From contig JAIRNU010000078.1 of the NCBI GenBank assembly GCA_031257945.1, forward strand, positions 1 to 30,680: a stretch of 30,680 bases of DNA, given 5' to 3'. The stretch is from Holosporales bacterium. Its GTDB lineage: Bacteria > Pseudomonadota > Alphaproteobacteria > BNTO01. Each line of letters starts with the position of its first letter. Position 1 is the stretch's first letter. The notes beneath the pieces were generated by a model that saw nothing but the letters and a program-made list of their open reading frames with translations, had not been told where the DNA came from and did no database searches. Shown piece by piece: positions 1-8,500 of the stretch. The position numbers were made by a program, and so were the translations under genes.

Positions 1-52
1 TGAAATCAGGCGCAATTCTAAATCCAAGGCGAGCTATAACTGCTGCACCGCC

Positions 53-150
53 GACACCATTGCAAAAGCGCGGCAATCCGCCGTACGCAGGGTCCCTAAA
101 AAAATGTTGGGAGAGCTCACCGAAAGAACGAAGCTTTCGCAACGGGTCTA
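53..150. repeat. Degenerate copy of the RPE1-like palindromic miniature element
   Basis: 119-150 (accgaaagaacgaagctttcgcaacgggtcta) matches the end of the copy at 28209-28341. 53-68 (gacaccattgcaaaag) resembles the opposite terminal inverted repeat. The interior does not align to the other copies. Confidence 0.6.
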
Positions 151-355
151 CTGTGTATCGCCATTTTGTCTGCCGTCCTCCTTACGACCAATAGCCCAAC
201 TTCTGCAAAGGGGCGATGTTCTTTCCAGACAAAAGGTATCATAAATACAGTTTTTATGACGCCAATGCAAAAAATAAAATATTTGCGCACTGCTCTTCCC
301 TGAATTTCTAAGGTTTGCTACCCTGTGCTCAGATATTTATTTTTTTGCTATGACT

Positions 356-1210
356 TTAACAACAACTAGGTGGCACTTCCCCAGCAGTGGCATCGGCCGC
401 GGCGGCGATATCCACTCCCCCCGGCTTTTCGTGCCCTTCTATTTTTTCGATACAGCGTTTGTTAATTTCTCTGAACAGATCATCTATGCCCTTTACTGCA
501 CGCTCGACGCCAAATGATGTAGCATGTGTGACTTTGGAAAAGTCTTTCTGCGCATGGTGTTTACTGGTTTTATCTACATCTGTACTTTCGGAAAAGTCTT
601 GCTCATCGTCTTTACCGGTTTTATCTGCATATGTACTTTCGGAAAAGTCCTGCGCATGGTGTTTACTGGCTTTATCTGCAACGCTATTTTCGGAATTTAG
701 TTCTACACAAATGCATGAGCCGCCATGCTCATTACACCAATCGTCGACTTCCCTAGGGATTTCGGGCAATGGATTCTTTTCTGACACCTGGTAAACTGCA
801 ATTATAGCAGGATTACGTCTGGCCTGTTGAATAATGTTTTCGCACTTGCGCAGCGTTCCTCTTTTATCGTCATTTCCTTCACGAATTACGACAACGAATA
901 CGTCACTATCTCGTGTAAATAAAGGCACGGTATATTCATAAACAGAGTTGATATCACTAGTAGTATTCAATAACGCAGTCTGTCCCGGGTTAAGGGGGTT
1001 GTCTAGAGGTATCACACAATTTGTAAAGAGGCTCCTCGGCTGGCCCAATTGTCCTTGCGGGACCACTTGTCTATACAGAGCAGCGACTATTTTGGTTTGT
1101 GAATCTCCGATACACGTGACTTTAACGCTACTATCTACAGGAAACACAGAACTACCCCCCAACAAAAAGAATGCGAACAAGGCGCATTTGCGAAATATAC
1201 TGTTTTTCAT
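356..1210 (-). CDS. Exported, degenerate Rab/Ras-like small-GTPase-fold protein with C-terminal CC motif (candidate effector)
   Basis: 284-aa ORF with basic then hydrophobic N-terminus (MKNSIFRKCALFAFFLLGG). KVTCIGDSQTK resembles KVVLIGDSGVGK; PLFTRDSDVFVVV resembles PxYYRDSxxxxLVY; KGIDDLFREINKRCIE resembles the Rab alpha5 KGIEELFxxLxKRMIE; ends in PPSCC. Strong upstream promoter. Confidence 0.65.
   Translation of the reverse strand: MKNSIFRKCALFAFFLLGGSSVFPVDSSVKVTCIGDSQTKIVAALYRQVVPQGQLGQPRSLFTNCVIPLDNPLNPGQTALLNTTSDINSVYEYTVPLFTRDSDVFVVVIREGNDDKRGTLRKCENIIQQARRNPAIIAVYQVSEKNPLPEIPREVDDWCNEHGGSCICVELNSENSVADKASKHHAQDFSESTYADKTGKDDEQDFSESTDVDKTSKHHAQKDFSKVTHATSFGVERAVKGIDDLFREINKRCIEKIEGHEKPGGVDIAAAADATAGEVPPSCC
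531..680 (-). repeat. Three imperfect ~51-bp tandem repeats (17-aa unit) inside the Rab-like gene
   Basis: Units start at 531, 584 and 635 on the + strand. Protein: ADKASKHHAQDFSESTY / ADKTGKDDEQDFSESTD / VDKTSKHHAQKDFSKVT. Confidence 0.9.
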
Positions 1211-1241
1211 AACACGATTCCTAATGATACGACCTACAGGT

Positions 1242-1271
1242 ATTATAGCACAAATTTGAAGTTAAATGCAA
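1242..1271 (-). promoter_or_regulatory. Sigma70-type promoter for the Rab-like gene
   Basis: Minus strand TTGCAT-N18-TATAAT with extended TG (TGcTATAAT); the -10 box lies about 30 nt upstream of the ATG at 1210. Confidence 0.65.
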
Positions 1272-1274
1272 AAA

Positions 1275-1294
1275 TTGTCCAGGTTTGTCCAGGT
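1275..1294. repeat. Perfect 10-bp tandem direct repeat (TTGTCCAGGT x2) next to the -35 box
   Basis: Seen directly in the sequence; 3 nt from the -35 hexamer at 1266-1271. Confidence 0.8.
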
Positions 1295-1435
1295 TCACAT
1301 CAAATGAAAAAAAGGACAGGCAAAAGACGGCGAAAGCCGCACCCTCCAGCATTACTAGCTGCAAGGGCAGCAATCGCCTTCCTAACAAACTGGCTAATTG
1401 CCAACACAAGCCATGCTTATAACCGTCCCAGCGTC

Positions 1436-2275
1436 CTACTCGTCTTCCGCATGCCTTCTGTATGGTTCCAATATTTTCGTGACAGATGGCATTATAGACC
1501 AAGCTGAGTACCCAACAGCAGCGGAAGCAAGTATCAATTTGTATATTCCAAAAAACTTTGGCGCAAAAATACGTCCCAAGAGATACGTAGCTGCAAAGGC
1601 ACTCGCTCCGGCTTTTGCTTGATCAGACAGCAAGAAATAAGGAGTACAAGCATAATACTCCCACCATGATGACACCTTCCCGGTAAACTTGCTGTACAAT
1701 GAAGCTAAGGCCAGAAAATCTGCGTAAGCAATAGCATCCTCACGTTCCTCTATCAATTTCACAAAGGATTTTTTCTTGCTGGCCAAGAAGCCACCGATTG
1801 CGGCACTAATTCCAGCTATACCAGTTACACTTGCAATCACTGCCGGTTTCGCCGTAATGGCACTTATGACCCAATGAGCCAGCGATGCTCCGCCAATCGT
1901 AGACGCCATGGAGAAAAAGATAGAAGTACTCGCACTTTGAGAAAAATAGGAATTTGTGCACAGCATTAGTGCTTTTTCAATCGTAGCTAGCATTGTAAGC
2001 GCCGACAGCTCGTAAAGACAAACATCTACCGCACACTTTCTCGCCGGTCTACTAGCAGCGCCTGCAGCTACAGGGCGGTCTGCAGCACTAACTCCTGGAG
2101 CCTCACAAAACCAAAGGCCCAACGCGAATCCTAGCGGAAACAACCGCCTCCTCCAGGAATTCTCCAAAAAAGAACCAGCAGCACGCTGCGTTCCTACAAC
2201 CCCCGCCCCACCGGTTTCCGTTTCAAACAGTCGTCCCAGAGAAACTGGCAAACATTTCAATATTGTAGTAGCCAT
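1436..2275 (-). CDS. Hypothetical multi-pass membrane protein
   Basis: ORF track gives 1436-2293 (TTG); the first ATG is at 2275. Several Gly/Ala-rich hydrophobic segments (e.g. VIASVTGIAGISAAIGGFLAS, YKLILASAAVGYSAW). No family recognised and the start is uncertain. Confidence 0.65.
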   Translation of the reverse strand: MATTILKCLPVSLGRLFETETGGAGVVGTQRAAGSFLENSWRRRLFPLGFALGLWFCEAPGVSAADRPVAAGAASRPARKCAVDVCLYELSALTMLATIEKALMLCTNSYFSQSASTSIFFSMASTIGGASLAHWVISAITAKPAVIASVTGIAGISAAIGGFLASKKKSFVKLIEEREDAIAYADFLALASLYSKFTGKVSSWWEYYACTPYFLLSDQAKAGASAFAATYLLGRIFAPKFFGIYKLILASAAVGYSAWSIMPSVTKILEPYRRHAEDE

Positions 2276-2362
2276 AAGTATTTCATTACCCAAAAAAGGA
2301 AAGAACGGTTAATTTGTAATATATATCATTAAAAAGTCAAGTATTACCTTTAGGCTGCTTAG

Positions 2363-2508
2363 TAGACCTGTTGCAAAAGCTTCGTTCTTTCGGTAATTTT
2401 GGCGTCGCTCCGATGCTCGAATCCTCACGTACGTCAAGTACGCTGCGGTTCTGCGCTTCGTGGGCTCCTGAAAATCCCTCGAAATTACTCACTTTTGCAA
2501 CAGGTCTA
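2363..2508. repeat. RPE1-like palindromic miniature element, full-length copy (146 bp)
   Basis: Perfect 17-bp terminal inverted repeats TAGACCTGTTGCAAAAG/CTTTTGCAACAGGTCTA with TA at both ends. Minus-strand frame reads RPVAKVSNFEGFSGAHEAQNRSVLDVREDSSIGATPKLPKERSFCNRS, similar to the Rickettsia RPE1 peptide (DVREDxSxGxTxKLP). Confidence 0.9.
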
Positions 2509-2743
2509 TTGAAAAAATTCTCCTGTACGTGTCGTGACTTGGCACGCCGTTGGATAGATCAAACATTTGAGAAAGTTCAGTGAAATGAGATTCAACAAAT
2601 TCTTGAATGCCTAAAAAGCTGTCAACGCCAGATAAAACGGCAAGGATAGCTGTACCAATAATCGCGAGGAAGTTGTGCTTTTGATTGCGATTAGAACGAG
2701 GATCTGGAACATTTACGAAAAAAGCAGAGAGGTGTTTTTGCAT
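2489..2743 (-). pseudogene. ISAs1-family transposase, N-terminal fragment only
   Basis: DPRSNRNQKHNFLAIIGTAILAVLSG and GVPSHDTYRRIF are hallmark ISAs1 (H-repeat) N-terminal motifs. The frame runs into the palindromic element and stops (IDLLQK*). No DDE domain follows. Confidence 0.88.
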
Positions 2744-2822
2744 ATAAAAAACGAGGCGTTGTACCCAATATTGTGATTAATTTAAAGGGGTTTTGGCTAA
2801 TTTTTTTCATGCGTAGGCCCTG
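2509..2822 (-). mobile_element. ISAs1 left-end remnant
   Basis: Transposase 5' fragment plus a candidate left inverted repeat CAGGGCCTACGCATG (minus strand, 2822-2808), resembling the CAGGG starts I recall for ISAs1-family ends. It lies 33 bp after the fabD stop. No right end is visible. Confidence 0.6.
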
Positions 2823-2855
2823 GATGTTATGCTCCGCACCCTACACATTTATTTT

Positions 2856-3830
2856 TCACATGTGTTTGGTATTGGGCACCAAATTTCTTGTAAGGAGGTG
2901 TATATCATCCGCCGTTTGTACGGAAAACATTGGGGCATCAGGGGCACACCGTCGTACTATTCCAGTAAGAACCGCCCCATGTCCAACTTCCAGCAAACAA
3001 TCCACTCCTAGCGCTAATATGGCGCTGACGCTCTCCCGCCAGCGTACGGTCCCTGTAACCTGCTGCGGTAGCATTTCTTTTATAGTAGAGGCGCTTTGCA
3101 CCGCCTGCGCAGTGTAATTTGCAATCAGCGGAATCCTGAGGTCACGCATGTTTACCCCGCCAAGCACCGCGTTCAATTTTTCGGCTGCCGGGGCCATCAG
3201 GGCGCTATGAAACGGCCCGCTAACTGAAAGCATTACCCCCTTCTTTGCGCCCTTATCAAGCGCTGCCCTACGCACCTCCTCCACAGCCAGCAACGGCCCA
3301 GAAACAACGCACTGCCCCGGGCAATTATCATTTGCAATAAAGCATTGCGGGGTGCCGTTGCCGCAACAGTCAGTGATAATATCACCAACGGTTTCGGTGT
3401 CTAGGCCTAGTATAGCGCACATCCCCCCCTTATCCGCGGGGGTTTGCGGACAGGCAGCCTCCATTGCACATGCCCGTTCCTTGATTACCAAAAGGCCTTG
3501 ATGGAATGTTAGCCCGCCAGCAGCCAATATCGCCGCATATTCACCGACAGAATGCCCGGCGACACAGCGAACAGACTGGAAAAATTGCTCGCCGTAGACC
3601 TCTTCAATTGCCCTTAATACCATGGCGCTGGCGGTAAATATTGCTGGCTGGGCGTATTGCGTGGAGGAGAGTAGTTCTGTTGGGCCGTTAAACATAATTT
3701 CCGTTAGGTTGATATGTAAAATATCGTTTGCCTCTTGGGCTAGCGACCTAACAGACGAAAACGCGTCGAATAACGTTTTTCCCATCCCAACGCCCTGCGA
3801 TCCTTGTCCAGGGAACACCATTGCAAGCAT
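2856..3830 (-). CDS. fabD: Malonyl-CoA:ACP transacylase
   Basis: FPGQGSQ, catalytic GHSVGEY, ANDNCPGQCVVSG, VSGPFHS, VRWRESV; AAGGA upstream of the ATG. Confidence 0.97.
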   Translation of the reverse strand: MLAMVFPGQGSQGVGMGKTLFDAFSSVRSLAQEANDILHINLTEIMFNGPTELLSSTQYAQPAIFTASAMVLRAIEEVYGEQFFQSVRCVAGHSVGEYAAILAAGGLTFHQGLLVIKERACAMEAACPQTPADKGGMCAILGLDTETVGDIITDCCGNGTPQCFIANDNCPGQCVVSGPLLAVEEVRRAALDKGAKKGVMLSVSGPFHSALMAPAAEKLNAVLGGVNMRDLRIPLIANYTAQAVQSASTIKEMLPQQVTGTVRWRESVSAILALGVDCLLEVGHGAVLTGIVRRCAPDAPMFSVQTADDIHLLTRNLVPNTKHM

Positions 3831-3890
3831 AGTGTAAGATTCCTTAGCAGAATAACTAGTAACCAGGGGAATTTACCATATTCTTATCGT

Positions 3891-4073
3891 GCCTCAATAC
3901 CCCGCACATTCAGTTGCGCCTTGGACCGTATTTGTGTAAAAACTTAATTCCCATGCGTCGACTGCGTATCACAAGGGATAGCGGAATGCGTATGGTGCTG
4001 ATGTTTCTGCGCTAACGACCGCGTTCGGCCAAGTACATACGGCTTAACAAAAACGACCCTATGTGCTTGAGGC
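3891..4073 (+). ncRNA. ssrS: Probable 6S RNA
   Basis: About 183-nt intergenic rod. GCCTCAA/TTGAGGC, GCACAT/ATGTGC and TTGGACCGTAT/ATACGGCTTAA pair; an asymmetric central bubble and apical stem (CCATGCG/CGTATGG) follow. CCTTGGACCGTATTT resembles E. coli 6S CCCTGAGCCGATATTT. A -10-like TATTCT lies at 3879-3884. Folded by eye only. Confidence 0.55.
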
Positions 4074-4173
4074 AAGAGTTGTTGATAAAAAAAGCGAAGA
4101 CAAATGTCGCATTATGTTTTAAATATTAACTGTGTGGCCTTTAAGTAGATATATCGATATGGCGTATATTTGA

Positions 4174-5301
4174 CTGGATTCCAGCGTTTCTTCCTTGATT
4201 GATGCGATTAGTGGGAAGATTCAATCAATAAAAACTTTCTCGAATTTTGAAAAAAAGTGTGAGGAGTTGTGCTTTTACGAGGCGTTAATAGCCGATCCAT
4301 CGACGTGGAATGATGTAAAAAAGGCGAATGAACTCGCGAAAAAAAAGGCCTCGTTGCAGGAGGAAATTGAGCAAATTTCATTGTGCATACGCCAGTTCTC
4401 TGATTTGCGAGAGCTGTTGGATATGGCAAAGGAGGGCGGCGATGAGCAGGTGTTTAACGAGTGTATTACAGAATTGCAAAAGTTAGCGGCTGATGTTGAG
4501 CATATACACCTTGTGGCCCTGCTTTCCGAGGAGGCTGATAGTTCTAACTGCTTTTTGGAGATTAATTCTGGCGCTGGTGGGACCGAAGCGCAGGACTGGG
4601 TCGCAATGCTGGCTCGGATGTACTCTAGGTGGGCGGAGCGGCGCGGATTTTCGCTAGAGGTAGTCGATGAGATGATAGGAGAGGAGGCTGGTTTTAAGTC
4701 CATCAGTATGAAGATTTCTGGGCTTCGTGCGTATGGTTGGTTAAAGACAGAAAACGGCGTACATCGGCTTGTCCGAATTTCCCCGTTCGATGCTAATGCG
4801 CGGAGACATACGAGTTTTGCTTCTGTATGGACTTACCCGGAAACCAACGACGACATCGATATAAAAATAGAAGAAAAAGACTTGCGCATCGATACGTACA
4901 GGGCTTCCGGCGCTGGCGGGCAGCATGTTAACAAAACAGATAGCGCAATTCGTATTACGCACATTCCTACTGGAATTATTACACAAAGTCAGGTTGATAG
5001 GTCACAGCACCGTAATAGAGCAATGGCAATGGCCTTATTGCGCGCTAGGCTTTACGAATTGGAAATGCGGAAAAAACAGGCATTTTTGGCAGAGCAGGAA
5101 AAAAATAAGACCGATATCGCTTGGGGGAATCAGATTCGCTCATACGTTCTACAACCCTATCAGCTGGTAAAAGACTCCAGGACGGGTGTTGAAGTTGGAA
5201 ATGCGTATGGGGTACTTGATGGTGATATAGATAAGTTTCTCGAAGCATCATTGGTTGCTAGCAAAACAGGGCGTGATGGAGGGGATGGCTCCTCTGATTA
5301 A
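4174..5301 (+). CDS. prfB: Peptide chain release factor 2 (start uncertain: CTG 4174, TTG 4195, or ATG 4159 through an in-frame TGA)
   Basis: RF2-specific SPF motif (RISPFD), GGQ motif (GAGGQHVNKTDSA), GAGGTEAQDW, QIRSYVLQPY. Homology to the alphaproteobacterial RF2 N-terminal helix appears to begin at 4174. Confidence 0.96.
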   Translation: MDSSVSSLIDAISGKIQSIKTFSNFEKKCEELCFYEALIADPSTWNDVKKANELAKKKASLQEEIEQISLCIRQFSDLRELLDMAKEGGDEQVFNECITELQKLAADVEHIHLVALLSEEADSSNCFLEINSGAGGTEAQDWVAMLARMYSRWAERRGFSLEVVDEMIGEEAGFKSISMKISGLRAYGWLKTENGVHRLVRISPFDANARRHTSFASVWTYPETNDDIDIKIEEKDLRIDTYRASGAGGQHVNKTDSAIRITHIPTGIITQSQVDRSQHRNRAMAMALLRARLYELEMRKKQAFLAEQEKNKTDIAWGNQIRSYVLQPYQLVKDSRTGVEVGNAYGVLDGDIDKFLEASLVASKTGRDGGDGSSD

Positions 5302-5302
5302 G

Positions 5303-5439
5303 TAGACCGTTGCGAAAGCTTCGTTCTTTCGGTAATTTTGGCGTCGCTCCGATGCTCGAATCCTTACGTAAATACGCTGTGGTTCTGTTTCGTATGCTCC
5401 TAAAAATTCCTCGAAATTACTCACTTTTGCAACGGTCTA
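5303..5439. repeat. RPE1-like palindromic element copy (137 bp) between convergent prfB and giant gene
   Basis: TAGACCGTTGCGAAAG...CTTTTGCAACGGTCTA; aligns to 2363-2508 with 1+5+2+1 bp deletions. Confidence 0.9.
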
Positions 5440-5504
5440 GTATCCCTAGGATGGTATCCAAAATTTGTACAACTGCGCCAATTTCGCGCAGAATTCAAAA
5501 AGGC

Positions 5505-8500
5505 CTAGTATCGCAGGGTAAATAACGCGCGATCTAAAAGAGAACCGAAGTTAGAAACGATTTTTGTTTGCTGTAAGAAAGTATCCTTTTCGGTTAGGGA
5601 CTTCCCGCGGTCATCCATAATTGGCAAACCATGTTTATCAAATTTTGTTCGGTAAAGGAGGTTTATCACGTTTTGTCCGTCCTCTGTTGTGGTCATTTTT
5701 CCTACTAAATCCAGGAGGTCTGCAGAAAAAATTTGTTTATCTATTGTTTGGATAAAATAAAACAAAAGAGTAAAGTTATTTAAAAGGTGTTTTATTATGC
5801 TGTGAAGTGTTCTAAAACTATCGATAACTTTCGCGTGAGTGCAAATTTCGCAGCCCTCCTCTATTTGCTGCAAGTCATCCAATTTTGAGGAGATGGTCGC
5901 GATGTTAACATCCGTTTCGAACATATATAATGGAAGTAATGGGATGCAGTTTCCTTCTGAGTCAACGGTGTCAAAATCTGGGAGCGCTGAAAGTTTGATA
6001 TCAAGGAGTTCGTGTGTTGGGTGGATGTTTGGTGCCCACTTCGCAACGCCCTTAATCAATGAAATAATCGATAAAGACAGGCCGTCTATAGCGCTAGACA
6101 ACGTCGTTGGGGGAGGGCTTTGTGCATCTGGATTAGCTGAATCATTAGGATTGCCTGGAATGAATCTTTCTAACGTAGCGGCAAGCATTTCATCAAACGG
6201 CGTGTTGGCGAGGCGTTCTGCAAGTTGATCGCTAACGCAAGAATGCCAATCCCCCGCTAATAATTCTTCTGTGAATTGCTTTAATCTCACAATACTTTGT
6301 AAAAATTTAATAATAAACACTTGGTATTGCTCTTTTGTGCAATCGTTGTCATTAGTAATATTGTCGGCAAGCAACCTTATCGTAGAGGAAAGGCTATTGA
6401 TGGCAGATATTAGTTTGAGATCGCACGGTGGACGGTGCAGTACGCTTACTATGGCGTCGAACTTTCTTTTCAAAAAGTGTACTTCTTCGGCTAATGCGGT
6501 AAAAGTCGCCCCACTATACATTACATTATCGTCTGCTATATTTAGCAGCGAATCGTATATCCCATTTATATTATTGGAAATGTGTATTGCTTGGGTATAT
6601 GTTTCTTCCGAAAAAGCAGGCCTTACAAAGGCGACTTCGTCTCTAAGCCAAATAAAAACCTCCGCTAAAACGGTAATTTGTTCCCTCATAGAGTTAAGAT
6701 TGGTTTTGTATAATGCTGCTGCGTTTTGGTATTGAGGCGTGTCGTTGCCATTCCAATAATCCTCAGGTATATGGTCGAACAAAAGTGCGAATTCTAGCGT
6801 TTCCTTGGCTAGCCCAAGGAAAGCCTCGTCTAACAGGCTGGCAGCAGGGGGGGCTTCTTGCGTGCTATCCAATAATTCAGCAATATTATTGGTGTATTGC
6901 CTCCATATAGTAAGTATATCGGTGAATGGTATGCTTACCAATTGCTCTTCAAATAATTGAGCTGGATCGTCGAGGGATGCCATTACTTCAACGGCTTTTG
7001 TGAATTTTCTTAAGTGCTCAAGGATTGCGCTAACACTGTTTGCTTTTTTGATTCCCTGACTTCGAGAGAAAATATTCAGGAGTTTTATGAAAGTATTGAC
7101 GATGGAATTATTCCCTGAATAGATACCCTGTATTAGCTCTTCCTCAAAATGGAAATCAAACAGGATCCGATTATAGCAAATACTTTTTTCCTTCATCATT
7201 TGCGCAAAATTTTGGATATTCAAGGAAGTATTGTTGAGTGCAGATATAATAGATGATATTGCGGTTAATGTATCGCTGTGGGATCCATTTATTTCGATAC
7301 TTGATACTTTTGCGACAAAATTAAGCAATACTGTGTTTATATTCGCGTGGCTTGAGCATATTGAAGATAAGATTTGTTCATACGAAATTGCCTCCTTGAT
7401 GTCTTCTTCTTGGGGCAGGGCAGGGGGGATGCCGAATTCCGCAAAGAAATTAGCAGCAGATAAATAGATATTGTTTTGAAGGACTTCGTTTATGCTGTCT
7501 ATATATGATATTAGCTCGCTGCTCTGGCAGAATACTTCGAAAGAGGCGGCTGGCAAGGAGTTATACTTGGAAAAAAGAGGAACGAAGAGGCTATTTAATA
7601 ACTCGATACTGTTGCTTATTTCAAGAATATTGGAGGTATGCGTCCCGTAGATTATATCGGCTGGCTGTATACTTATGTTATTTACGTTTTCTACAATCGA
7701 ACTAAGCGCGTTGAATATCCATGCTGTTTTTTGAAGTTTCGTGTACAGCCCGTGGCAACAAAATTCCTTCAGTGCGTCGTTTTTGACGGCTATACACGAG
7801 CGAATCAGCCTCAGAATAGCATTTGCGATATTTTGCATCGATGCATTAAAATCCTTTTTTACGCAATTAGCGCATAGTAATTCTTTATCGGCTGGAAGTA
7901 TAAACGTAATTAGTGTGTTGTAGATGTTCTGGCACGACAGTATTAATGCATTTAACGCAATAGACGTTTGTTCAAAATTTTGTAAAGAGCACGCTATTGT
8001 TGGCGCCGCTGTTTCAAATGAGAGCGATAAATCGTCAATAATATAGGAAATTTTGTTTAAAAACCACGGGAATTCCTGGCAAGAAAAATCAAAAGGTTCT
8101 TGCTGTTGCAGGCTAGGCTTTGGGATGCTAGTATTTATTAGCAATTCTTCACAATCATCTTTAAATACTTGTAGTGTTTGTGCCAGCGTAATAATTTGCT
8201 CATTTATATACTTGATTCGGCAGTATTCTTCGGTTTGGGGAACATGGTTTCTCGCGTCTTCCAATGTTATTAAATCTGTTGTTATTTTATTTATATTTTT
8301 AGTTATAATGTCCGCGATATTAATAATTAAACCAGAATTATTTTGTGCTTCATGGTTTAATATTTCACCAATAAACATTTGTGCGGCGGCTAATTGCTCT
8401 TGGGCTTGAAAGAGGTGAGTAAAAGATGACAAACAGCAATCTTCCCCGATACGCGTACTTATTTCTAAAAATTCGTCTGCTAGTTTTTGGTACATATCTT

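Noticed and set aside
1-183. Possible gene (AAGGAGG at 177-183, ATG 164, minus strand) interrupted by the degenerate element and running off the left edge
   Set aside because: SD-ATG spacing is 12 nt, the frames on either side of the element do not join cleanly, and the peptide is too short to recognise.
1105-1130. GDS motif as an SGNH/GDSL hydrolase block I in the 356-1210 protein
   Set aside because: No recognisable SGNH blocks II, III or V (GxND, DxxH) in order; the downstream segments and terminal CC fit a Rab-like fold better.
2371-2583. ORFs starting MQ/RKLRSFGNF (2371-2583, 5310-5525, 30273-30539)
   Set aside because: These are the open frame of the palindromic element running into flanking DNA, not independent genes.
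4171-4173. Alternative genetic code (UGA=Trp) as an explanation for the prfB TGA
   Set aside because: RF2 is retained, the first hcp-like gene ends in TGA with an ATGA overlap, and Trp is coded by TGG elsewhere.
5505-5530. C-terminal FTLRY of the giant protein as an outer-membrane beta-signal or autotransporter end
   Set aside because: No amphipathic beta-barrel region precedes it; the C-terminal part looks helical.
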